Program-made: the position numbers and the translations under genes
Sequence record: OU343168.1
DNA: 64,000 nt
Reading direction: 5' to 3' (one strand)
Shown here: piece by piece, positions 20,241-29,782 of the stretch
Layout of the letters: each line of letters starts with the position of its first letter
Position numbering within the stretch: the first letter of the stretch is position 1
The notes under the pieces: generated by a model
What the model was told of the DNA's origin: nothing
The model's input: only the letters and a program-made list of their open reading frames with translations
The model's database searches: none

Positions 20241-20807
20241 ATGTTACTGTTCAATGTGAAGGAGATGGCGAATGGTATCCTCATGCCATCTGAATTGTCT
20301 CGGGTAGAACGGGAGACCATTATTAAGGACTTGATTGAAACGGCCTTGAGTATCTTCAATAACCCTTCTTTGTGCGACGGGATCCTGGATGACCTGTTGG
20401 AGCATTACGAGTTTAACGTAGGGATACTGAATACCGACCGTATCGTTCTGGATATCGTAAAGGTCATTAAACACACCACCCGTAAGCTGGGGTGGGACAG
20501 ACGTTTGAAGGCGAAGGTGGAGTTCAAGCAGGTCGGGAGTGGGTATCATAAAGCCCGTATTGTAATGGATTTGGATGAAACCCTCCAAGCATTGTCTTCG
20601 AATGTAACAGAACCGGTTCGCCTCAACGACGTTATTAGTGACCATCCAGAAGTCGAGATGCTCAATGAAATCATTTCACTACGATCTAGCAAAACCCCAA
20701 GGAGAGTTCCGGTACTACCAGATCGACGTCCAGTGGTTGTTAAAGGAAATCAGGAGTCAGGTTGGATACCTAGTTACAGGGAAGATTACCGGAAAATCGG
20801 TTACTGA
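20241..20807 (+). CDS. hypothetical protein
   Basis: AAGGAG RBS before ATG 20241; 3' end overlaps the next ORF. Confidence 0.65.
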   Translation: MLLFNVKEMANGILMPSELSRVERETIIKDLIETALSIFNNPSLCDGILDDLLEHYEFNVGILNTDRIVLDIVKVIKHTTRKLGWDRRLKAKVEFKQVGSGYHKARIVMDLDETLQALSSNVTEPVRLNDVISDHPEVEMLNEIISLRSSKTPRRVPVLPDRRPVVVKGNQESGWIPSYREDYRKIGY

Positions 20808-21096
20808 ACATTACGATGAAGTGGCCTTAGGGGTCCTACAGAAAGCCATTGATGAGTGTTTAGTCTTTAATCGCGGCTTTGAGTTAGAAGAGTCTCCTAA
20901 CGTCTTTCCCCGTAGGCAAGCGGATAAGTACCTATTACCAGACGATCGAAATGAGTTGGTGACTGATGCAGTAGCTCATTTAAGCCGTTTAATAACCCTC
21001 CACAGCCCCTATACTGCGCTTAGTCACCCGGTGGTGTACCGGGTGCTGCCGAATGGCAATCTCTTAATTGGGATTGATAAGAGGGATTTATTATGA
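20665..21096 (+). CDS. hypothetical protein
   Basis: probable start MKSFHYDL; stop overlaps next ATG; start uncertain (20638 also possible). Confidence 0.55.
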   Translation: MKSFHYDLAKPQGEFRYYQIDVQWLLKEIRSQVGYLVTGKITGKSVTEHYDEVALGVLQKAIDECLVFNRGFELEESPNVFPRRQADKYLLPDDRNELVTDAVAHLSRLITLHSPYTALSHPVVYRVLPNGNLLIGIDKRDLL

Positions 21097-21452
21097 TTAC
21101 GAAAACCATTCCCCTCGCGTTGGTGAACCGTTGTTTTACGAACGCTGGCTTAAAGCCTGAGCAGACCTATTCGGTGATAGCGACCCTGGTACATATCTGG
21201 CGAGTGAATGATCATAACGAGGGAATGACCCGGGAGTTGATTTTCAATGAATTGGAATTGGATGAACTGACCGCTCAAACCCTGTGGAACACTCTTCAAC
21301 AGCCATTACTGGCGATTAGTCAGCAAATTCGTGAGTTAGCACTGGCTGGGCGATTGGTTAGCTGGAAAGTTCTCCCCCTCACCATTATCTTGGAGATAGA
21401 AGATGAAAACCTTGTCCCACTCAGTACCTATACCCCCGTTGACCGATCATAA
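21093..21452 (+). CDS. hypothetical protein
   Basis: GAGGGA RBS, coupled to the previous stop. Confidence 0.7.
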   Translation: MITKTIPLALVNRCFTNAGLKPEQTYSVIATLVHIWRVNDHNEGMTRELIFNELELDELTAQTLWNTLQQPLLAISQQIRELALAGRLVSWKVLPLTIILEIEDENLVPLSTYTPVDRS

Positions 21453-21726
21453 GGAATTCCTGGGGGCGTATAAAGCGTTGTTGAACGCCTTACAGATCCA
21501 AGAGAACATTCCCTTCCCGTTGTCAGCAGGCTTTACGCATCCGATTGAAAAAGAGAACCAGGCACTCACCACCCGTTTCTTTCACGATAAGAGTCTTTTC
21601 CAACAACTCAAGTTGAACCATCCTTTGCTTCGGTTACTGGAAGTGAGGGTCCACAACCACATGGCCACCTTTATTTTCGGTTACCCAGAGATCGGTCAAG
21701 ATGAAAAAGCGTTTCCTCCGAGTTGA
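21403..21726 (+). CDS. hypothetical protein
   Basis: overlapping, co-oriented ORF with GGAG upstream. Confidence 0.6.
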   Translation: MKTLSHSVPIPPLTDHKEFLGAYKALLNALQIQENIPFPLSAGFTHPIEKENQALTTRFFHDKSLFQQLKLNHPLLRLLEVRVHNHMATFIFGYPEIGQDEKAFPPS

Positions 21727-22081
21727 TTATGAGCGGATAGCTGAATACGTGTTAGACCGTTCGTTGAAAACTGACGGCCTGCTGGTGGATACACCATCGA
21801 ATGTCATTGACCTGTACCTCACTCACGCCTTACTCGCTTGTCATTTAAAGCGCTTGGAAACCGCCCTCCAACCATTCAATAGGAACGGTGAATGGGGGTC
21901 TTCCCTGGAGATTGAGAGTGAAGACGAGGACCCCCAATTGACCGAAGTGTTGTTTTCCGATCAAGGGGAAGACATTGTCAACACTTTCCAGGTGAGCTCA
22001 CGGCCATGCGCAGTGGTTCACCTTCAGGGTAGAGTCGTTGTGTTACCCCTGATCAAAATAGAAGTGCTTATACGAGGTTAA
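21701..22081 (+). CDS. hypothetical protein
   Basis: co-oriented, overlapping ORF. Confidence 0.6.
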   Translation: MKKRFLRVDYERIAEYVLDRSLKTDGLLVDTPSNVIDLYLTHALLACHLKRLETALQPFNRNGEWGSSLEIESEDEDPQLTEVLFSDQGEDIVNTFQVSSRPCAVVHLQGRVVVLPLIKIEVLIRG

Positions 22082-22082
22082 T

Positions 22083-22505
22083 ATGGCAGTTACTCCCAGA
22101 CTCAATGACATTGTGGATTTCCAATTGGTACGTAATGGCATCCTTGGGGATGAACGGGTGGGGGTGTTGGTCATCTCGGCCTCTATGACGTACCAAGCGG
22201 CTAAGGCCATGGATCCTCAGATCAATGTAAAACACAGTAACCTGTTTCAATACTTCCAGAATAAAGTGGGTGGGGTAGACGATCCTTCCAAGTACCCGTA
22301 CTTTGCGGTACAGCTCACCAATGGGCAATTTGAGGTCATTGGTGTCCCCTGGGTGAACGATGCGACCTTTAAGACTATCGAAGGACGTATTCGTACCTAC
22401 ACGATCACCAATTACCAGGAATCCATGGCGGGGCCTATTGCCAACATGCTGCGTAACCTGGGTGCGAGTTATACTGTGCACGATACCACCACGACCAAGA
22501 ATTAA
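22083..22505 (+). CDS. conserved hypothetical protein preceding PolB
   Basis: GAGG RBS; 140 aa; position as in phiKZ-like phages. Confidence 0.7.
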   Translation: MAVTPRLNDIVDFQLVRNGILGDERVGVLVISASMTYQAAKAMDPQINVKHSNLFQYFQNKVGGVDDPSKYPYFAVQLTNGQFEVIGVPWVNDATFKTIEGRIRTYTITNYQESMAGPIANMLRNLGASYTVHDTTTTKN

Positions 22506-22605
22506 TTCACTACCACATCCTCTATTTAAACGGGGATGTGGTAGAACCTTTATTTTTTCGTCCCGTGTCTTTTTTAATAGACGTTTTGAACAGAGAGAAA
22601 GTCGT

Positions 22606-24708
22606 ATGAATGTTCCAGCGACTCAAGAGACTGAACCTTATCAGTCACCCTTTATAGAGAAAGCGTATGAAAGTAATCGTAACTTCCTGAAAGCGTACCA
22701 TTACTTAGCGGCTCGTTACCTCTCCATTGTGTATGGCTGGGACTATGAGAACCTGCTAGAGATTTGCGAGAAGGTCTTCGTACCGAATGAGAATGGGTTC
22801 AAAGAAGCCAAGTTCGGGGTCTTTAAGAAAGACAAGTACGGGGATCGTGTTCCGACGGTAATGGGAACCCGGGAGTTCTTTAATGCGGTCCGAGAGAACA
22901 ACTGGCACCTCTCCCCCTCCTTGGTCGCGTATACCAATACAGAGGAAGAACAATCTGTTAACGCGGCGGGTACCGAAGAGTTTATTGAGTTTCGTCGCTT
23001 GTACAAAGGCAAGAAACAAGCCGCTAAAGACGTTGGGGACGAGGAAGCGGAGAAGGCGTTCCATGAAATCCAGAATGCTTTAAAGATCTTTAACAATTCA
23101 CAATCCGGAGGGATGTCGTCATCCGGTACGCCTTTGTTCAATAAGTCCGGTCATACGACACTCACCAGCACCTGCCGAGCCCTCACCAGTACGGCTAACC
23201 TGATCAATGAACGGCTAATCACCGGTAACCGCTTGTTGTTAACCTACAACAAGACGATGGAACTGTTCGTCAGTCAGCTCCAATTCGCCGACCGTGATTT
23301 AATCCAATCGGTGATTGATGAGTACGGGATGGCGTACGCCACGGTCGATCAGGTCATGGACATGGTGAGACGGTGTACAGCGTACTACTGGGATAACCCT
23401 GTTAAACTCAGGGCTATTGAACAGTTCTTGAGGGATCTCACCCCCTTGGAACTGACCATTATCCTCTGTACCCAGGATTTGAGAGGGTTGTATACCACCA
23501 ACCCAGACCTGACGAAACGGTTCTTTAAGGAATGGTGTGATATCCCGGAGCTTCCGGAAGGGGTTAAGGAAGAGGATTATCCCAAACCCTTGAATGGGGA
23601 TTATTACATCCTGTGTTTAACCAAGCTTGGGGAAAAGTCCAGTAAAGCCCAAATCAACTTCTTGAATGGTTATCACATGGAGGTTGAGAAACGCTGGGGG
23701 AACTTCATTAGTGCGTTCCTCAAGTCTTCTATCCCTCCTACCGACATTTACAGCGTCAAAGAGTTGGTTCGTGAAAACGTAATGACCTCTGATACAGACG
23801 CCTGTATTTACAGTGTGGATCAACTGATTCAAGAGTTCTCGACTGACCCTACGGTTTCGTTGAGGTTCAATGGCGTTCTAACCTTCTTCATTCGCAACAT
23901 TGCGATCGACCAGCACGCTAAACTCAGTCGCAACATGAATGTGGCTAAGAAGTACGAGCGTCGGTTGAATATGAAGAATGAGTACTTGTATGCGTCGTAT
24001 GTCACGACCTCCATGTCGAAACACTACTTCGCGTTGCAACTCATGGTGGAAGGGGTCTTGAATAAGAAACCGAAGTTGGATTTGAAGGGGGTTCACTTAC
24101 GAGGGGTTAAGATTGCGGAATTGGTGAGGAAATTTACCGGGAAACTCATGCGGAAAATCTTGAATGCACTGTACAGCCGTGAGAAGCTGGATGCACCTAA
24201 GATTTTGAAGGAAGTGGCTGACATCGAGCGTCAGCTGTTTGCCAACCTGGAAGAAGGGGGTTGGGCGTGGTTAACGATTGAAGGGGTTAAGGACCCGTCG
24301 GCTTATACAGATCCAGAGAGTAACGAACGGTACATCAACCATTTGTTCTGGGACGAGGTATTGGCTCCTAAGTATGGGGATACCCCCCCATTCCCATATA
24401 AGGCCTACAAGATCAACCTGACCTTAACCGGTAAGAAGAAACTGGAGGGTTTCTTTAACAGCATCGAGGACCCGAATTATAAAGCCCTGTTGATGGATCA
24501 CCTTAAAGGACGAGATAAGCTGAGTTCCATCTATATCCCTACCGATCAGATTGATCAAATGGGTGGAATTCCTAAAGAGTTTATTCCGTTTATTGACAAA
24601 CGCCAAATCGTTAGTCATAACCTAAAATCCATTTACGCGATTCTAGAAGCGTTAGGACTCTTTATCTTAAACGCTAAGGTAACGAGGTTGGTCTCCGATG
24701 AACATTGA
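22606..24708 (+). CDS. family B DNA polymerase, palm/thumb subunit (phiKZ gp50-like)
   Basis: motif B QNALKIFNNSQSG, motif C SDTD, KHY and KGV; no exonuclease domain or motif A; start reassigned to 22606. Confidence 0.85.
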   Translation: MNVPATQETEPYQSPFIEKAYESNRNFLKAYHYLAARYLSIVYGWDYENLLEICEKVFVPNENGFKEAKFGVFKKDKYGDRVPTVMGTREFFNAVRENNWHLSPSLVAYTNTEEEQSVNAAGTEEFIEFRRLYKGKKQAAKDVGDEEAEKAFHEIQNALKIFNNSQSGGMSSSGTPLFNKSGHTTLTSTCRALTSTANLINERLITGNRLLLTYNKTMELFVSQLQFADRDLIQSVIDEYGMAYATVDQVMDMVRRCTAYYWDNPVKLRAIEQFLRDLTPLELTIILCTQDLRGLYTTNPDLTKRFFKEWCDIPELPEGVKEEDYPKPLNGDYYILCLTKLGEKSSKAQINFLNGYHMEVEKRWGNFISAFLKSSIPPTDIYSVKELVRENVMTSDTDACIYSVDQLIQEFSTDPTVSLRFNGVLTFFIRNIAIDQHAKLSRNMNVAKKYERRLNMKNEYLYASYVTTSMSKHYFALQLMVEGVLNKKPKLDLKGVHLRGVKIAELVRKFTGKLMRKILNALYSREKLDAPKILKEVADIERQLFANLEEGGWAWLTIEGVKDPSAYTDPESNERYINHLFWDEVLAPKYGDTPPFPYKAYKINLTLTGKKKLEGFFNSIEDPNYKALLMDHLKGRDKLSSIYIPTDQIDQMGGIPKEFIPFIDKRQIVSHNLKSIYAILEALGLFILNAKVTRLVSDEH

Positions 24709-24754
24709 GCGTGGGTTTACGCTCAGAAACGAGGCGAATCAATAACACTGACAT

Positions 24755-24790
24755 ACCGAGAGAGGAGGCCCTAAGCCTGCCTCTCTCGGT
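24755..24790. terminator. bidirectional terminator
   Basis: ACCGAGAGAGG / CCTCTCTCGGT between convergent genes. Confidence 0.7.
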
Positions 24791-24863
24791 AGTTTTTATT
24801 TAACTTTTTCAATAAGCTTATTGGGTAAGTCAATTTCTTGACCTCCCACAAGATGGCAGTGTA

Positions 24864-25964
24864 CTATTTCTTGAGGTTAATACGGTTTAGCGTATTCAAC
24901 TCGTCTGCCAGTTCCAAGAACCATCCTTTGAAGTACGATTCAGGGATACGTTGGTAGTTATTCACCCGTTTCAAATGACTTCGTTCCACCACACTGTTAA
25001 TGTCAGCCGCGGGGTAATTCCCGTGGTTGCAGATACTCAAGTAGGTGGAATACAGCTTCATTAAAGCCGGTTCCCAAACCCAACTGGTTTGCGTAAACAA
25101 CGCGTTCTTACCCGCCGGAACGTAGTTGAAGTAGGGTTGTTTATAAATCGACTCAAGGGTAACGAGGAGGTGTTCCAGGTTAAAGAGTCTACGTCCTGTT
25201 AAGGCCTCTCCCAGGAAAGTCAGGTAGAGGTCCATTAGCCGTTGTTCACTGACCGTATTAAACACCACTTTGTCCGAGTTCATCACACTCTTCAGTGGCT
25301 GTTGGTGAACGAAGTGGTCGTAGAGGGTGTTAATGACCGTAAGTTGGTTATGAATCAACTGGGCGTTCGCTAAGGGGATCTGGGCGACAAAGGCTCGTAT
25401 CCCGGCATCCCGCTCGTAGTCCATTTGCTGGTACGCCCACCACGCAACAGCCAACTCCACCAGGTCCACGCCTATAATGGCCAAGTCATTGATCTGTCCG
25501 TTAACAGTCTTATCCCGGTTGAGGGGGTGGGAATAACTCCGTTCTGTAACCGTAGAACATAGCGGTACTACAGGACACATGGATACAAAGTCAATAGGAG
25601 CACTGTATTGCTTGGTATTCTCGATCAGACACCAGTGTTCCCGCACACTGTTCCGGTAGAACCCATTGGTGATTGCTTTACCCACATGACCCAACGAGGT
25701 AATATTAAACAACGTACATAATGAATACGCCCGGAACCTCGTATAACTGACCACGTAGGAGAGATCCCAATCCTTATTGATGCTTAACTGTTGAAGTAAT
25801 CCTACTAGGACGTGTTCGTTCTCGGTATGGAACGGCTGTGCCCTGACGTAGTGGAAAAAGGCTTTACGGTTAAACGCTGTTTGCCGTTGCAGGTTACCCA
25901 AGTCACCGAACCGTAACCGGGGATAAACCGTGTTAGACGGTTTAGGGAATGACAAGGTTAGCAT
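24864..25964 (-). CDS. conserved jumbo-phage protein (phiKZ gp52-like by position)
   Basis: start reassigned to MLTLSFPK; reverse-strand gene between PolB and chimallin. Confidence 0.6.
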   Translation of the reverse strand: MLTLSFPKPSNTVYPRLRFGDLGNLQRQTAFNRKAFFHYVRAQPFHTENEHVLVGLLQQLSINKDWDLSYVVSYTRFRAYSLCTLFNITSLGHVGKAITNGFYRNSVREHWCLIENTKQYSAPIDFVSMCPVVPLCSTVTERSYSHPLNRDKTVNGQINDLAIIGVDLVELAVAWWAYQQMDYERDAGIRAFVAQIPLANAQLIHNQLTVINTLYDHFVHQQPLKSVMNSDKVVFNTVSEQRLMDLYLTFLGEALTGRRLFNLEHLLVTLESIYKQPYFNYVPAGKNALFTQTSWVWEPALMKLYSTYLSICNHGNYPAADINSVVERSHLKRVNNYQRIPESYFKGWFLELADELNTLNRINLKK

Positions 25965-26119
25965 GTGAGTATTTTTCCAGTGATGAACTATTATATAGCA
26001 CACCACGGTCTCCCGGTTCGTCCGGGAGTCGTTGGAGTGCAATTTCGAAAATGGTATGAGTTTGAACAAGTACCTATAGCATTTCAGCCTAAAAAGCCGG
26101 AATGTGACCAAGTGCTAGA

Positions 26120-26139
26120 ATTTTTCAAACCCATATTAC
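26120..26139 (+). promoter_or_regulatory. early-type promoter motif upstream of chimallin
   Basis: ATTTTT-CAAACC-CATATTAC. Confidence 0.6.
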
Positions 26140-26242
26140 CAGTGTGAATCGCCACAAGGATATTTGTGTGTGTAGGCAAACACTACGCGATTCCGCTATA
26201 GCGAAGCAAACCCTTTCTTAAGAAAACGATGGAGTTTACCCC

Positions 26243-28255
26243 ATGGCTGTGAATAAAGGTCGTTCGTCCGAATCCACCACTCCGAACTCTTCCTGGACCG
26301 ATGAAGAAGCCGGCGATAACGGTTTGAGCGCCAGCGTACGTCAAGACACCACCGGTCTGTCGGGCCTCTTCAGCCTGACCTCGATGACTTCGGACAACCG
26401 CAATATGGTGGAAGTCTCCGAAGTCGCCAAGATCCTCAAGGAACGTTTCACCCGTATCGCGGAGGCTACCACTCCGGAAGCTCAACGCAACATCGTTCCG
26501 AACGTGGATGAAATGACCGCCGGCATCTCCAGCATCCTCCCGGGCCTGGTGCTGCACAAAGTCATCAACAACAAACTCTGGGTAATGGGTGTCCTGTTCT
26601 CCAACAAGGACCTGACCATTTCCTCGGAGCCGATCCGTATCAACACCCTCAACGGTATCCAACAGCAAATCTCGGTGCCGCTGACCCCGACCAACTACGC
26701 CAACGAAGCGGTCATGAAGAACCTGGTGTCTTATTACACCCGTGTGGCGGAACAGCAAGGTGCGAAAGGGGTTGAAGTCATCAACATGGTCGTGGTTGAC
26801 CTGGAGATGCTGAACCACCCGGAAGCCGGCGATCCCAAGGACCGTTCGGCCAAGCTGGCGGGTTACCTCACCAACCAGTGGGAAACCGGTGTTCTGGTCC
26901 GCGCAACCATCGAGATCGCCAGCGCTGGCGTTCCGCTGCCGTCCCCGTTCGCGGATCCGAAGCATCCCTTCGGTAAAGACGGTTGTGCGGAAGCGCGGGT
27001 TACCGCTATCCAAGAACGTGTCACCAAGGCGTTCACCCTGAGCGCTGCGAACATGGAAGTGGTGGCGGCTACCATCAGCGACCTCAACCGCAGTGGCGGT
27101 GTCTCTTCCCAGAACAACAGCAAGGAGATCGCACGCGCTACGGCTATCGTCAGCCTGGCAGGTATCACCATGCAGGCTCACCAAGCCAACCTGGCCGCCA
27201 GCCGCGGTGCCGCTCAGCACAATGACCTGATCAATCAGTTCCTGAACCTGACCGGTGGTGTCTACCCGCACGGCTACCGTCCGCTGCACCCGGTGATCAC
27301 CATGGAAACCGCGTACGCCGGTGAAATGATGAACTTCAACCAGGGCCTGTTCCCGTTCTTCTTCGGGCTGTACCTGCTGATGACCACCAACACCGACTAC
27401 GTCTTCTCTGAAGCACTGCGTAAGGTGAGTGTGGGTCAACGGGGTAACCTGAGCGCACTGGAACCGCGTATCGACAGTCTGCTGGGTGGTGTGAACCCGC
27501 CGAACCGTCTGAAACTGAATGACAAAAACATCACGGATATCGATGTTGTTAACCAATGGATTCGTCAGAACGTTTCGCAACACGCGATCTTCCGTTCGAA
27601 CATCGTCCTGAATGGTCCGGATTCCGCGATCAACAACTTCCTCAGCCGGCTGAGCCAGCAAAACCGTTCTAAGGAAGTGGGGATTGTGGTATCGGTGATC
27701 GATGCGATGACCAAGAACAAGTTCTCTCAGATTATCGAGCAGAACCGTTCGGCGCGCACCGGTTGGACTCCGGAAAAACCGGTTCTGCACCGCACCCCGA
27801 TCCTGGTGGTCAACGGCTTGGCTGAAGCGCCCAATGGTAAGAAACTGAATACCTTGGAAGTGGATGAAATGCTGCTGGGCCACTACAAAGGTGCGAACGG
27901 TGCTCAGGCGATGATGAACTACCTGGCGGTCATGTACGGTGTTACCAACGAAGACCCCAAAGCCCGTTGCCAGAAACTCAACCTGGAGCTGAACCAATCG
28001 CTGTTCAACGGTGCGGTTCACATCAACAGCTACTCGCAAGCAGCGGTCTGGGATCCGAACTTCATGGCAGCCCTGGCGCAAGCTATGGAAAGCCTGGGTA
28101 GCATGAACGCAGCGAACTCCGCGGCCAGCTTCCGTCCGAATCAGGCTGTTTATGTGCCGGGTGCAGGTCTGGCTACTACTGCCTTTGCAGGTGGTAGTTC
28201 CCTGTCCAACCCGAACCTCATGAACGCCTTCCTGGGTGGTTTTGCGTTCGGCTGA
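26243..28255 (+). CDS. chmA: chimallin, phage nuclear shell protein
   Basis: 670 aa, strongly biased high-expression codons, directly upstream of nvRNAP beta'-N; PhuZ in the same genome; extended N- and C-terminal segments ending FG. Confidence 0.8.
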   Translation: MAVNKGRSSESTTPNSSWTDEEAGDNGLSASVRQDTTGLSGLFSLTSMTSDNRNMVEVSEVAKILKERFTRIAEATTPEAQRNIVPNVDEMTAGISSILPGLVLHKVINNKLWVMGVLFSNKDLTISSEPIRINTLNGIQQQISVPLTPTNYANEAVMKNLVSYYTRVAEQQGAKGVEVINMVVVDLEMLNHPEAGDPKDRSAKLAGYLTNQWETGVLVRATIEIASAGVPLPSPFADPKHPFGKDGCAEARVTAIQERVTKAFTLSAANMEVVAATISDLNRSGGVSSQNNSKEIARATAIVSLAGITMQAHQANLAASRGAAQHNDLINQFLNLTGGVYPHGYRPLHPVITMETAYAGEMMNFNQGLFPFFFGLYLLMTTNTDYVFSEALRKVSVGQRGNLSALEPRIDSLLGGVNPPNRLKLNDKNITDIDVVNQWIRQNVSQHAIFRSNIVLNGPDSAINNFLSRLSQQNRSKEVGIVVSVIDAMTKNKFSQIIEQNRSARTGWTPEKPVLHRTPILVVNGLAEAPNGKKLNTLEVDEMLLGHYKGANGAQAMMNYLAVMYGVTNEDPKARCQKLNLELNQSLFNGAVHINSYSQAAVWDPNFMAALAQAMESLGSMNAANSAASFRPNQAVYVPGAGLATTAFAGGSSLSNPNLMNAFLGGFAFG

Positions 28256-28277
28256 TACGAGAGTGTGCTGAAACAGT

Positions 28278-28311
28278 AAAGGTTAGGGGGCTTTCGGGCT
28301 CCCTAACCTTT
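28278..28311 (+). terminator. rho-independent terminator
   Basis: AAAGGTTAGGGG / CTCCCTAACCTTT hairpin. Confidence 0.75.
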
Positions 28312-28342
28312 ATTCCGCTTTTGTCTTTTTGGAGTTTATTCG

Positions 28343-29782
28343 ATGGAATTACCTGAACTGACTCCGAGCCTTTCGTTGGCCATTAAACGGTTAACGGAAT
28401 ACAGTGAAGAAGTGCTGGATCCCCTTAAGGACTTTGTTGGCTACGCCAGTAAGCTTGACTTTTCCTTGGAGGACGATCCTCGGTTCTCGATGCCGGCCTA
28501 TCCCGACTTTGAAGACTACGACTACCTGCACGATACCAGCCGTCTTAAGCAAGTCTACCTGAATGACTTCGATTTCAATCTGGAAGAAGACCGAGAAGCC
28601 CTCAGTCGTTTAACCCGGATGGAGTTTGAGGGTAATTCGTTTGATACCGTTGCGCGGTGTTTGTGTAAGGACGGCAAGGGACTCCGGGGTAACTACCTCC
28701 TGGGTACCGAACGGGTGTGTCCACGGTGTGGGAGTAAAGCAGAACTCTTCTTGGATCAAGGGGAAGACACCCGGATCTGGCTCAAATGCCCCGAAGGGGT
28801 GAAGAAGTTCGTTAATATCGGGTTCTTTACGACCTTCTTTAACAATATCAGCATAGGGAACCCGTCCCCCAAGATCAATGTACCGCGTTACTTCATTGAT
28901 CCTCTGTATCGGACCAAGGTTAAGAAGCAACGGAATGGAACCCTCATTGCCATTAACCAGATGCTCAGTGACTTGGAGATCCACCATGTTGACCTGAACA
29001 CGTTCTATGATCACTGTGATCGGATCATGGAATACATTCTGGTAGGTCCAGGTGAGCGCTGGTCGAAGTACCGGGGAGGGGAAGGTGCTGAGATCCTGGA
29101 ACTGTATCATCGGTACAAACACATCGCGTTCTGTAATTACATGAAGGTACCCAGTCGGTACTGCATGGTGCTGGAACGGGTGGGTAAAGAAGTCCGGAGT
29201 TATGAGCATCAGCCTGAAACAGCGAAGCTCTATAACGCCATTGCGGATACCATGAAGTCCAGCAATTGTTATCAGCTCACTGAAAAGGACTTGCAACGCA
29301 ATGTGGACATTGTGGGTAAGAACCTGGTGGCGTTAGCTGATCAATTCAGGAGTGTCAATAACCCCAAAGCCGTGTTTAATAAACACGGGATCAACCGTAA
29401 GCATGTGTGCGCAGGTCCGGTGCCATTAACGGGTCGGTCGGTGATTACCTCTCAAACGGGTATTATCAATCACTCTGAAGTGATTATGCCGTGGAAGATG
29501 GTCGTTACCATCCTGGAACAACCCATTACGAACCACCTCTATCGGTTAGGGCACACCCCCCGGAGTGCCCGTAAGCTGATCTATAACGCGGCCTATCGGA
29601 TCGTTCCAGAAATCGATGCGTTCTTACGGCGAGCAGAGGAGAGTCGTAAAGTCCTGGTTCAAATGGGGCGTAACCCCTCGATTGAGTACCTCAGTCGACG
29701 CACCAATTACCTGCGGGTGAACCGGGATCTGGAAGATGAGAGTATTAAGATCCCCATTACTTCAGTCGGTCCTTACAATGCT
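28343..29782 (+). CDS. non-virion RNAP beta' N-part (phiKZ gp55-like), exon 1
   Basis: zinc finger C-x-C...CPRC, GRSVI, RNPS; ends ...PYNA at the catalytic motif. Confidence 0.9.

Noticed and set aside
25965-26147. 60-aa plus-strand ORF upstream of chimallin
   Set aside because: No clear RBS and it overlaps the chimallin promoter motif; possible but unsupported
26183-28081. 632-aa minus-strand ORF
   Set aside because: Antisense shadow of strongly codon-biased chimallin
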